Assembly (NCBI GenBank): GCA_036172245.1 | Contig: JAYWIR010000018.1 | Span: forward strand, 3,224,001 to 3,288,000 | Length of the DNA: 64,000 bases | Direction: 5' to 3' | From: Raillietiella orientalis | Taxonomy: Eukaryota | Shown here: positions 36,290 through 49,182 of the stretch, in pieces | Position numbering within the stretch: position 1 is the first letter of the stretch | How the letters are laid out: each line of letters starts with the position of its first letter | Notes under the pieces: generated by a model | The model's input: only the letters and a program-made list of their open reading frames with translations | Told to the model about the DNA's origin: nothing | The model's database searches: none | Program-made: the position numbers and the translations under genes

Positions 36290-38667
36290 ACATTCTGCCA
36301 TCACCTGAAACGGCGAACCCTCCCATCCATGTGTGCACCTACCTTCTGGATGGCAGATTCTCAATTAAAGGATGTCAAACGAAGTTGCTTGCCAGACTCT
36401 GGGCTGACCGACTCGGGCGGGTAGCTGAATCCGTGTTCAGCCCGGAGCAGACTTACGCAGTTCCCGCATGAACCATGGAGGCCAACTTGTTCCTAGCCAA
36501 CACCTGGTGGCAGTTGCAACAGGGCAAAGCACAGGCGGATCAATAGAATCCTGGATTCTCCTGTGAGCAGGAAGGGGAAGACCAAAGAGAAGAACCGTCA
36601 TCCTTGCAGTCGATTCGCGAAAAGTTTTCGACGACATCGACCAGGAACTTTTTCTGAAGATACTGGAGCACATGGGATTTCCGTTCGTCTTCTTAGACTC
36701 TCTGCGCTCCTGCTGGCGTTTTGCGTATACCCTTTTTTTCAACGGCCGGTACATGTACAGTGAGCCGGTTCGGCGTGGCATAAGGCAGGGTGACAGCCTG
36801 AACCTCCTGCTCTTTAATATCTATTTCGAGTTGGTGCTGAGAGCATATAGGGAGACTCTGGCAACCCTGCCCAGCTCGTGTCCAGGCATGCCGCCCATGT
36901 CAACCTATGCAGACGATCTCTTGCTGCTGCTCCCCGAGTCCACCCCGGCTTCTGCTCTCGAGGAGTTATTCGAGTTGTTCAGCCGCGGGATGGGCTTCGA
37001 GGTCAACAGGGCGAAGCTGTGCATCATAACAGTTGGTGCGGCGCGGGCAGGACGGCTGGGCTTGATCTGCTTGAGGTTCCTCACAAGCGGGTTCTTTAAA
37101 TACCTAGGCGTTCAATTGACAGACTTTTGCTTAGCAGAAGTCTGGTCCGACAGTCTCCAAAAGGTGGAGTTGGCGATCGGCCCGTTCTGGGACGGCAAGT
37201 TTTACTTGCAGAAACGGGCCGCAGTGTGGAAGGCGTTCGCGGGTCCCCTCCTTCGCTCCGTGCTTTTGTTTTCCACGCCATATGCCAAATAAAGAAAAGG
37301 ACAAAGGGCCTCCTAAGAAAAACACTGTGAAGCACTAGGAGGCCGCGCGTCCGTCTCAAAGAATTGTGCACTCCACTTAGAGACGGTGGACTAGACCTCG
37401 TGACTCTGGAGCGCATGGAACGACAGCTACGATTCCGGAAACTCGCCCTTGCGGAGAGTTATGGACAACGCTATGATGCGTTCCCATATGCCTACTCGCA
37501 AGTAGAGTGACTGGCCGCGAAGACTTGTCCTCGATCCTTGTGGCTAACGAGCGCAGTCTGAACCATTGTGGTTTTCGCTGCGTGATTTGGTTACCCTGGT
37601 GAGGGAGAAGACGTGCATCAACTGCCTCCCCGCGAACTGCACACCCTGGCATCAAGAGTTTGTTTCTGACCGGACTAAAATCAACGGCAACGGCGAGTCG
37701 TACTATTCCAGCCTCCGTAGAGGCTGGAACGCTGCACACTCCTGCAAGAGATTGTTTCGAACTCACGGAAACTTTTGTGGTAATCATTAACCCCACTTGT
37801 CTTAGTGCCTCCATAAGAGACGTGGACAACTCGGGAGCAAGCGGACGCCGCAATGCCGAGTGTCCCGCCTAAAGGACTTGTGCGCAGGGGAGAGCTGCTC
37901 GGCATACCCCCGAAGGAGGTGAAGTGTCCTCTAGAGCGTTGGGACAGTAGCAACCTCCCCTTGGAGTGGCAAGAGACGGTGTGGCTAGCTTTGCATTGGG
38001 GACTCTTTTGCAGGGCATCCCTCTCTTACTGGACTCGTGGGAGTGCGGATGACAGCTGTTACAAACTGCGGAAAAAGGGGAGCCTTCCCTCATCTGCTAA
38101 TTGAGTGTATCGAGCACCGACCCATGTGGAATCCACTGTCGTCGATCCTGAAAATTCTGGATGGCGAACCAAGAAACATTTTCCATCGCCTCCTAATGCG
38201 AAACGCTCTGACAGCAATCATGGGCGGGGCAGTTTTGTGTACCATATGCGGAATCCCCACAGAAACGTCTGCACCCATGCGAGACCACAACAGCGGGAAA
38301 TCCACTCACTGGACGGTCATCTCCATCGAGAAAACTTCCCTATCAGGCCGGCTACAAACTTCGCGACCAGCAACTGTCAGCATCCAAAACCGGACGAAGA
38401 GGAACACGCGCGGCAAACAGTAATATGTTGTCTGTCCAACGTTTCCCGGAGAACATTGCTCTCCGTTTTTGCTTTAGTTTATTCTTGTGTTTTTACTTTT
38501 GCGGATTAACTCCCTCATCGCCAGCGGAGAAGACTGCCGGTCCCAAAGGACAAGTGCTAGGAGACAGGCGGAACCACGTGTTATGCCTGAAAGAACTTAA
38601 AGAAATTATTATAAAATATCATTTCCAAAATTTTGATACAAAATGCCCCGGTATATGCGAGTGAAAG
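36290..38667 (+). mobile_element. 5'-truncated L1/Tx1-like copy, RT through 3' end
   Basis: KLLARLWADRLGRVAESVFSPEQTYAVP, AVDSRKVFD, GIRQGDSLNLLLFNIY, TYADDL, FKYLGV, DGGLDL, LPLEWQE, PHLLIEC; terminal AAAATGCCCCGGTATATGCGAGTGAAA. Confidence 0.92.
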
Positions 38668-39293
38668 ATCATTCCGCAGCACATATCCTTCGAAAACACG
38701 TAACCGCGCAAACAACTTCACTAACAAGTGTTCGTACGCACAGGCAATGCTAACGCCGCTTCGATGGAAGAAACTCTGTGCATCCTGTGAAGCACGCTGG
38801 AGAGCACTTCAACGGATCTTTACGGGTTCGGCCATCCCTCTGCGATTTTCGAAACGCAAAAGGGAGCAGGGTGGCACCGGTCCTGCCACCTTCGAACTCT
38901 CCCCGCATCACGACGTTCGCTACGGCTATGCTCTAAGAAGCAGCTGCATGAGCGCCACACGAACGAAACACTCCGGCGAAATCGAGATCACCCACACCGT
39001 CGGGGCAGCCGTGGACTCAAAACTTTCGCAGCGACGGACAGACCTGCTGACGGTAGGAACGCGATGAGGAAGCAACCATCCGAGTCAATTACGATGAAGC
39101 ACGTCAACCGTGCACGTCAACCGGAAATCAAGTACGGGCAAAGCGTTTCCGCACGAGGGTTCGAGGCGAGACCGAGCCAGCCTCCGAAGATTCAGGAAAG
39201 GTTGGCTTATCCTGCCTGTGGGTGCTCGGCAGCGTGACACGGGAAGGAGGACGGGGGCGATTCCCCCGCTTTCGAACTTTTCCGCACCTCTGA

Positions 39294-39660
39294 GTGCCCA
39301 TAGGAACGTGCCAAGCTCCATCCCATGCTCGCAGCAGCAAATATCAGCCTCGGGTCGTATCACTGGGTCCGCCCTGGTGTTTAAACGGACTGAACGACGA
39401 GGCCTTGCGTGCTGCCCTTCCGACCTGCTGCCCGTACAGCACCCGGCCAACTCCGAGCCGCGTTCACAGCATCAAGAAATTTTCAAATGGGCATGCGTGT
39501 TTGAGGTGGAAAAATGCAGCTCGGAGGCGGATCCGCGTCTCGCCACACCTCGTGATACGTCCTGAAACTGGGATGCTTGCGACGAGCACGAAACATCACG
39601 AAGTGAAATTCCTGCACATTGAAGCGTGCGAGCAGGGAAGAAGGAATGAAGCTGAAGATC
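39294..39660 (+). mobile_element. Possible Ty1/copia RNase H remnant
   Basis: ARSSKYQPRVVSL resembles SWxSKKQxVVSL and STKHHEVKFLHI resembles RTKHIDVKxHFI, in the right order. Confidence 0.4.
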
Positions 39661-41499
39661 GGTCATGTTCATGTGCGTGCCTCGTATATACTTACGTGTG
39701 TACCTCACGCGCATCATTCAAATCTATGCGTAGGTGCATAAGGATTCGGAAATGCAGGAAAAGCTGCGAGGCAGCCTCTGTTGCCATCCTTCCCGCGTTC
39801 TGAAGAATGCGAGAAGCTGCGGCGGATGCGAATTGGTGCCCTGAGAAACCCGCTGGCCAAGGCGAGGTGCCGGTCGACCGCACCGCCACAATGCGCTGCT
39901 GATGGACGTAAAGAAGCATTGCCCACCGTCCAGCGAACGGGAATGCTTGGCTTCTTTCCGCAGTTCCTTATTGCGCGCCCGGACGTGGCGCATCCATCAG
40001 AATGGTTGCCGCCAAGAAAGCTCAAATAAGGAAGACCTGTGTGATAGGGTGGGAAGAGCTTGTATTGCCGATTGCTCTGCACCGCGACGTGCAGCAGATG
40101 AGGGACGGCAACGAGCGGGCGGAAAGTGACCGCGCTGCCTGCTCGCACGAGCGGTGAGCGCATGCGAGGCGAGCACACGAGCTGGTCCCTGTTTGGCGCC
40201 ACGGGACTTCTGGCAGCGTTCAGCTGCAACTCAGAGCCCAGCAACGGCAGTCGAACGCATTTTCGCTGCACGAGCGCGCGGCGGACCGACGCCGCGTCTT
40301 CTTGCAGAGGAACCCCGCAGTCGGCAGTGCACGATGGGGCGGCTTCAACAGCACTTTCAAAGTGCGCTCCACACGTTGCGAGCGCTGGCTGCAGGCGTGC
40401 GCGGCTGCAACCAGCAAAGGCAGCACGCGCGTTCCGCTCCGTCGTCAGCCTTTGTGGCGGGCCTCTTCGTGGGACCCCGCAACAGGGCTTCGATGGGCAC
40501 GATGCTCAACAGCGCCCTTCCGACCGACTGTTGGCGGACGGGCAGCAGCCGACGGAGCGACACCTCGGTGGCCCGTCTCCCACGGTTGGCTGCCGAGCTG
40601 TGGCGCGGACGCGGCGAGGAGACGACCTGGCGCAGTGGGCGCTCTGGGTGACCTGGTTGCTCTTCTGGGCGGCTTTTTCTTTTTGTCTGTGCGGTTTCCG
40701 CTTACTGGTGCGTGGTTGCTGCTTGCTTGTTGCGAGACTAGATGATCGTTGTTCCTGTGCTACGGAGCGTCTACAGCTGATGGTGAGCTTGCGGGCACTC
40801 AGGGGATGCCTTCCTGTTCGCACAATTCCAAGTCGGAAGTCCAAAGGAGGGCTTCCTTTCCGGTACGTGCACCGTCCTTGCAATGGAAATAGCAAAACAG
40901 GTTTTCGCTGCGCTGTCTTCCGGAATCAGAAATACAGGGGATGATGGAGCGCATAAGCAGGCGAACCTTCTTCCAAAAAGCCATTCGATTGTCTGGCAAG
41001 AATCGGTCTCCGTGGTCACCGCGTTGGTTGCCAAATTTTGACCACGCCCGTCTCTTGGCAATCTTCCGCCACTCAAGCTATTGCTTAGCCTTCGTGTCGG
41101 GCCTCGCTAGAGTAGTACACGCGATTGATGGGTCTGTCGCGCTTCCTGTAACCTCTTGGTGACTTTCTTGTCTCTCGGCACGCTCGTGGGCCTGACAGCT
41201 CTTCAGCGTTCCTTTTTCCTTGCTTGCGCTACCCCGTGGCGGATGCATCGTTGCGCGCAATGTTGGCACGCAGACTCTTCAACGCAGACTCTTCTCACGG
41301 TCTGCTTTGGCTCCTGTTCCGTCCGTTCGCAATGGGATGCAAACCTCTCTATTCCTCCACGTAGTCTTCGATTTCCTTGCTGCTTGACTGACTTCTGCTT
41401 GCTTCCAGCCCACGGAGCTCGCTCTCATCCGTTCTTGGGGGCTCGACTCTTTGCGTGGAGCCTGCCTCTAGCTGGGTGTGCTTTCTCCGGTGCAGTAGG

Positions 41500-42650
41500 T
41501 TGAGAGCGCTTCACATGACCTACCCGGTAGTTGCTTTCTCTCCAACAGCACTGTCCACAGTCCATCGGAAAAGTCTGCGCGGCAAGCGACGTAGGGACTC
41601 GTCAGTCACTTCAGCACTGGGCGCTGTGCCGGTGGGCAGGGGATGGCGATCGCGGATTGATAGAGTAGACTCGCCGCTCTTTTGCGCCGTCTCTCTCCGC
41701 CAGCGGCCTTTCTGGTGGACCTTCCTTCTCCGTGAGCTCCCACGTGACGGACGAAGCCATGCGGGGCAAACTGTGGTCAGGTTTGCCTCCATAATTCCAA
41801 GCTGGAAATCGCGATGCATCAAAGTCCCGGCAGATCTCCAGATTGAATTGATGAGTTTGTTATATCGTTGAAGCGAACACGTAGTCTGTGGGATCCGTGC
41901 ATGTGTAAGGAATGCGTACTGCGCAGATTTCAACAGGCATACATGCTTGTGATGCACATCAATAGATATACATGTTTCCATTGCTTTACACATCATCGTG
42001 CAAATCTATTTCAGCATGTGTGTGCATATACATTCATGCACAGTCACCTTCGGATTACAATCAAGAATGTGTTGATTGTATAGGAATCCAGATTTCATTA
42101 AATTTTACAATGCATGTTAAGGTGGTTTCGAATAAAAGGATACATATGTGTTCATTAAATATTCCAAGGAATATGTTTCCTGTGTACACACCCCTATGTA
42201 TTAGCATATGGCATTGAACATACTTTAAAGATTGCAAAAACGAAGCACAAGTATGTGTATTGATTGTGTATGTGGATGTGTGCGTTTCCGTATAAATCAA
42301 TACACAGGATAATATGCACTATTGGAAGAAATGTATACATGCGTTTATACATGTACGCGCTTTTCCTGGGGATGACATGATTCTCAATAAAAGAATGGCT
42401 CTTGATATCCGTATGTTGATGGCTATGTGGATGAATATGTCTGTTCCAAACATCAGGAGAAATGATCGCATTGGTCAGTTTCAAATACGAATATGTATAC
42501 TGTTATGGATAGTAGCATGTTGATGAATGTACGGATTCATATGCAAGTCTGTGTTGACCTACGCATGTATTGATCTAATTCTGAATTGGTTTGAATGTAT
42601 TGTACAGATACATATTCTGGAGTTTACAGATAAAATATAAGTATACTTAT
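41500..42650 (-). mobile_element. Possible Ty1/copia gag-protease remnant
   Basis: Decayed zinc knuckle RKVHQKGRWRRETAQK followed by WTVDSA (WxVDSGA protease motif). The upstream part is strongly TG/CA-rich. Confidence 0.4.
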
Positions 42651-43149
42651 TCGGGAGATGAATGAAAGTGCAACATATCACTCATAGGCAACGAATACAC
42701 CAATAGCGAACGATGAACACTGTTCTCTTCGTTTGCAAATCCGTTGGCTGCCGCCGTTTCCTGAGAAAGGTTCCTTGAATGAGCGTTCCAAATCACGGGA
42801 CAACCGAAGCGAAACCTCCTTTTTCCTTTTCTTATGAACTTGTTTGCACTTCAATTTTTTCCACTTCCTTTCGTTGCCACCAACATTTTTTATTTATCGA
42901 AATTTGAGAAACGGGGTTGATTGTAAATTAATTGGAATCAATCTCCTAGCAAAGAGGCTCCTAGCAAAGTTTGATGGGGTGCTCCTTACACGTAATAAAA
43001 AATTCTATTTTGGGAGTGCTGCATTAAGCTACGGATATGTATGCAACAGCCTCTGTGCAGTTTCATCTGCTGCTAACAAGACGAAAAGTCGCCACTGGCC
43101 TTTAGGATGATGGAATCCTTTGGGGGTTCTGTTTTCTTTTGTATTCGCT

Positions 43150-44006
43150 GTTCACCTCAAGAGCCGTCGTTTGCCTCGCGGCGCACGTGGCTCTTTAACA
43201 CTGTTCCACGCCATCCGCGGAGGGTGCGTGTAATTCTTCAAGATAGGGGGCACCCCAGGGGGAACGGTCCGCTCTTTGATTCCAGGAAGGACTCGGAGTC
43301 CGGTTCCTCTCACGCTTAAGGAAGGATCCCTCCGGGAGGGGGAATCACACCTCCACGCTGGTTGTCTCCGAAGGATGTCCCTTCCTCATTCACTCCAGAG
43401 GGACCCCCTGATAGGAGATGGTTCTCTCCATTTCATCTTCTCCAAAGGGAACCCGGAAAGGATCCGCTCGTAGGAATTGCTTCTTCGGAGGGAACCCGCA
43501 AGGGAACCGCTCCTGTTCACTCCTCTGACGAGAACCCCGAAGGGACGCTTTCGAAATTCAGAAGGGGTTCTGCAGCTTCCCGCAGGGGGGCTCGCTCTCG
43601 CTTGCTTCCTTGCACTCTTTGGAGAGGAGGCGACTTGGAGTGTCCCCGCCGCAACAGGGGGGGATCCGCTCCTTTAAACAACTGGAGAGGTGCCTGTGAA
43701 GGCTCCTGCTCCATCTTGAACGAACCAAAGGGGTCCCCCCGGTGTGGGGGGTCCGCTCTCCGTTGTACGACCGGAGGGAGAACTCCCCACTCCTTGATTT
43801 CTGGAAGGATCCGAAGGTCCACTCCCATTGTTCCGGCCTTCAATCGGGAACCTCCGGTTTTAACCGCTTCCAGAGCCGCGCCCGAATGTTTGTAGGCCAA
43901 CCATCGCCATCTTCCAGGAGGAACTCAGGACCCACCGACGCAGTGGCGTCAGTTTCTGCCGGCGTATTCGAACCCGCGACGCATGGTACCACGTTCCGCT
44001 GCATCA
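43150..44006 (-). repeat. Longest copy of unclassified repeat module, with possible Pol III A/B-box head
   Basis: SPPLQRVQGSKRERAPLREAAEPLLNFESVPSGFSSEE, related to the other copies. TGATGCAGCGG at 43996-44006 and GGTTCGAATAC at 43964-43974 lie at its 5' end. Confidence 0.6.
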
Positions 44007-44699
44007 GTAGGCCTTCCTTATCAGTTGCTGCACTTCTGTTCATAGAGATCTTTAGTGCACATGGCATCCATATCCCGTTCAGCCCTATCTTCTTGCTCTA
44101 ATAGCGATGCTCTTCTCCCGTCGAACAGCCATAACAGTCTCTTTGCCTTCATGCAACGATTGTCTTCTATTGTGCCACTGTCGCGCTCGTCAGCAAACCT
44201 CCTTCCTCTCTCTAGAGTAAAAGTCTTCCTTCTGTTTTCGTGGACAAGGTTTCTCCACATCTACGACAGTTTCTCTCAGATTATTCGCGCTAATCATTCC
44301 AGCCTCACCCACCGCCAATCAAGTCTGTTCTGGCAACGGGGACTTTAGGAATGGCACTTAGGAATTCAAACAGCATTCAGTCTCTCATTGGGACACTCTG
44401 ATAGAAACAACCATCATTTCCACCTTCTTTCCCTTTACTCCTTGCTCCGAGGTTCGAACGAGGAATATGGACAGCTTTTGCCATCGATGCTACTTGAGTA
44501 AGGAGATGAGATCCACCGCTACCTTCTCTGCTATTTGAAATTGCAAACCCTTACGCTAAAAAGAGCATTTCACCTCACGCTTTCTGCTGTTCTTCAGATA
44601 CTGCACTGAGACATCTTTCCACTCTTGCAGCACGAATCCTTCAAACTGGTCACTGACTGCGAAGACATTCACACTACCATTGGCTACATCAATACGAAA

Positions 44700-45350
44700 A
44701 CTTCATCTCTTCCTGTCCTATTTCTTTTGTAGCATCACACCCTGCTTCACTTCAATCCTCTAGAAACAGTACTGATCAGTGGTTTCTCTATCGACGAAGG
44801 CATGGGGAACTAGCTGAGCAGGGAAAGGATACGCACCCTTCTTTGTGCCTTTCAAGGAGGAGAGCAAGGTCAACCACTCGACCGTATTTGTAAACATGAA
44901 CTCATGTTCTCCCACAGCAACTGGGAACTCCTTAAGCACTGTATATCATGAAGAGAGACACAAAAGCAGTCACCGTAACCACGAGCAATATTCTTGGAGT
45001 TCCTATCAGAATATATTCATCTGTAATAAAAGCGCTCTCCACTCAATTCTATACAAGTTTCGTAAACCTACAATTCGCTGAATCAGCAACAGGAAGCTTC
45101 TGGAGTAATCAACAGGGATAAAATGTGATTGTTTGTCCAAGGTCAGCAGAGTTCTGCACTTCCTGGTTGGTGCAAATTTCCAATCGCTGAGATCATGTCA
45201 CCAAGTCAAAACACGCTTGCTTCCCCGTGTATACACGCACTCAACTGGAAGAATCCCTGAATTCTTGTTTGGTGAACTGCACGAAATAGATTTTAAAATT
45301 CAGGATACAGATTCCGTGAATCCTCACCATCTTTAAATTCACCTGCAGCT
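44700..45350 (-). mobile_element. Possible RTE-like RT remnant
   Basis: Frameshifted GTK.GC.ILSLL (GVxQGCxLSPLL-like), VTAFV and xGF traces in the right order. Confidence 0.25.
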
Positions 45351-48300
45351 CATCCTTCTGTCAGAGACACGCTATCTTCGATGAATTCTCTGGCCATTTC
45401 TACTTCCATTTCTAGCTTCTCATCTGGTAATGCCAATACCCACCCCTCCAGTCTTTGGTCCTCTCTTCTCCATTATCTTCCACCCAATTCAACCATCCGG
45501 CCTCTTCGGGACGCGAGCCGCCACAGAAACTGGACCGTTCACCTTGTCGATCGAGCCAGATGCAGCTACCTCAAGCACTCGACTCTCAACAAGCGAAATG
45601 CTTCCGTAGCTTGCGATTGCACCCTAACACGAACGATGGGTCCAATTTGCAGCAGAGATAGATGAAAGAGTCGTATATTGCAGCAGGGACTGAGTTTATT
45701 GCATGGTGCTTCAGATTGTGACGTGCAAAAGAGGCGGCGCAGAAAGTGACGACGAATGGGTGCCGTGCAGCCAGTTCTCCCTTCAGGAGACGCTGCAAGG
45801 CGAGCACGGTTTCTTCCTGTTTCTCAACACGGACTCTGCTGGCAGCGTGCAGGTGGGGCACTGGACGGCCTGGACCGCCTTTGGTCTACAAGCATGAGTC
45901 AGAAAGGCATCTCGCTCGCCCGCTGCCTGGTCCTCGGGCAAAGACGTGCTTTGGAAGTCAGCTGAATGCAAGGCACTTTCAGGTTCCTTGCTTTTGGCCC
46001 TCTACTTCTTTGTTCGGCCGCGTTTTTCGACATCAGCTGGCTTGTGTGATTTCGTCCTTGACTGGCTTTTTTCAAATGAGTGTGGTTGCTTCTTGTGCAC
46101 GGAACGGACATCAAACTTCCTCATCCACTCCGTACTCGGGCCTCAACAGTGGTTCGCAGTGCATTGCTAATTTTGCTGAGGAGATTCTTCCAATTTTTTG
46201 CGGTGAAGGCCAGCAAAACAGACTCTAAGTACGACAGCCGATATTACCAGAGTCCCGAGAATCCTAAAGTAGTCTGTATTCGCCAGCAGGCTGGTTAATG
46301 AGGCCTGCATCGGGGTGGCATGGAAGGAAAACGAGCAGTACAAATCCAAAAATGGAGCTATCTATGTGGTGTAAAAGCAAAGAGAATCACTGGTAGGTAC
46401 CTGGGATCCTCTACATCCGAGAAATATGCATCCCTTGAAGTAGCTTGGCCACCTTTGCTCTTGTTCGAGCATTCCAATTCTGCTCAGCTGCCGACAGATT
46501 CGCGCGAGCGATCCCAGAGATAAAACTTTTCTTCCCTGTACCCGAGGGCAATCAAGGTTCGTAGCCCTGTACGGTCAGCAGATCCTTCGTCAGCAACCAT
46601 GTCACTGGACGCGCGTTGAGCTGCCGAGGTACGGTTCCCGTTCACGATCTGCGAGCCTGCTTGGCTCCCTCTGTGTGAGACTCGGGTCACCACAATATAC
46701 AGCGCACAGACTAAAGACACCAAATACAAACGTCATCTTTCGTCCACGCTAGAGCGGGGTAGACAGGGACGGCAGGCAAGGCGGATCGTCGGCTCAATCT
46801 GATATGTTCGGCATGCATAAGCTGAACGTTAGCAATCCGACCAGCGTTCCAGACAGCACCCACTCAGCACCAAGTCGCAGAGGCGCTCCGATGGCAGCCA
46901 TAATCTCCACCATCGGGAACGGCTGTTAGAAGAGTGCCCGTTTCTCTTAGCCAATAGTAAAAGTGCAGCTCCCAAGCAACTGTAGATGAAAGATGAGTCC
47001 CAGAAGACCATTGTATGAGGGGATGACTCAGAATCCCGCAAGAGCAGGACATCGGAAGGGGATGAGCTCTCTTGTCTGAGGTAATCCAGAACACAAGATG
47101 CCCCGATATAACAGACTTGATGCTCTGCCGCAGCTCTCACACATGGCCGACTTTGCGCACGAGCAGTAAGGAAAGACTAAGGGAAGACGGAAACTGAGAT
47201 GGGATTCTTCCTAGTTGAACACGGCCGGCCGCAGCACATCAGGGTGCCTGAAGAGGGTGTGCGACTGCAAGAAGGCTCTGGTATTGTGCACATCCTCTCC
47301 AAAGCCAGAGGGTAGAAGAACCAAAGGAATGCGTTCAAAGAGCTCTCGGACAAGAAATTTGTGGGTCTTTGAAGTGGATCTGGATGTAGTCTCTGCAGTC
47401 AGCATGCCAAGTACGACATAGCAAAGCAGAATGCACGGGTCTGCGAGACACACTTGAGATTTCACTTGGAAATTGAGGGTTAATTTGTAAAATGCAATGT
47501 TGCTTTTTCAGGTTCTGCTGGGGTGGATGACCTAACTGCTACCGAGCGGAACCAAGATGAAACTGAGCAGCATCAAGTGAGACCTGTTTGAAAGGATGCA
47601 AAGTCCAGGGTGACCTTTAAACACCTGACTGTACCCAGAGAAAAGGTGGCTGCAAGACGAAAACAGAACAGGAAGCTCCTAGGATGCACGCTAATGCCTA
47701 CACATTACTCAAGCATGAGAAGACAGGCCAGAACCATCTACATGGTGTGTTTAAGTGATACCGTGTGTTCGGAAGGGTTTATTTTGGCACTGGAATGAGA
47801 TCGATGTGCTGTGCACAAGCTGTAAGCAGCAGTTGGTACTCCACAATACCCTCAAAGAATTTCATTACACGAATTCTGCGTAAAGAAACCAGCAAAGTTG
47901 GTCTGTTTCTGTTCACACATACTGCAGTCCAGAATGGCGTAACGGAAAAGCAGACACCTGATCAGGTGTCTGTACCATCCAAGTGTGTGAACAATTTTCC
48001 CTAAACGCAATAAGAATGAAGTGAGGTTTTACAACCTGATACATCCGCTGGAAGTTTTGTGCTATCACATATCACAAAACAGGTGAAATAATACGGAGCC
48101 TGGAACATAGAAGGAATCCATAATAATAGAAAGGAAATTGAATAGCAATGTATAACTCCTGGTATTGTACATAAGCCTCTCTATCCAAACAGAATAAGAT
48201 TCAAATAGTAATAGTTTATCACCTGGTAGCTGAAACAACCTCGTTCCCATCTAATCTGACTGCAAGCATCCAGTATTCTTTTAGGGAACTTCTTTTCGGC

Positions 48301-49182
48301 ACCATCCAGACACTGGACTGTAAACTAGGAAGAAGAATTTTGCAAGGTGTGTGCAAAAAGCGAATCTGAGCTCCACTTGGTCATTTAGAAATCAATAAGG
48401 CAAGACTGGAGAGTCTTGAATAAAGTAAATCTGTAAGTAAAAACTCTATTGCAGTTAATGTGTCCTGAAATGAAAAGTAAAAACAAAAAGCAATGATGGT
48501 GGGAATCTGGAAATGAGATAAATTCTGCTCGCAGGTTTCAAGATGAGTTGAAAGAGAACCTCTGTGAATAAACGAAGCTTCTATTTGGATCTCACTGTGG
48601 ACTAAAATGTGATTAAAGCAATTCGAAAATAATGGATCTGATGTTCAGTTCCCTCAATTTGAAATGGCTGAGATCAGACAAAGGTGACCCTCGTTTGTGG
48701 CAAAGAACACATTCATTACAATGATCTCAGCTTTTTATAAGTCTGGTAAACTGTTAAAAAGTGATATGTAGACAAGAAACATTGATGAACTCGCAGTAAC
48801 AAATATTTTTCCATAAGCTTACACTTCAATATTAAAAATGTAGTTTTACAGTATTCTAAGTCACTAGAACTTTCAGGACTTTCAGGATTGGCTAATCAAG
48901 TACTTTTACTTCTAGAAGTTATCAAAAAAAAATTGGGGCTGAACAAAGTATTTGTGTGAGTAGAGCTTTGAAAGCATATGCACATATAACAAAACTGTAA
49001 TGAACTGGCTTGCAAAATCACACTTCTTTGTAAGTACAAAACATCATGAATGACTAGAAAATAAAACTTTTCTCAGTATTTATTTTATACTGATATAAAA
49101 TAATGTACGCGTTCTTATTGATATTGCTCACAAAAAAAATCCTTATCTAACACAAAGAATGATGAACAAAGATGATGGAATA

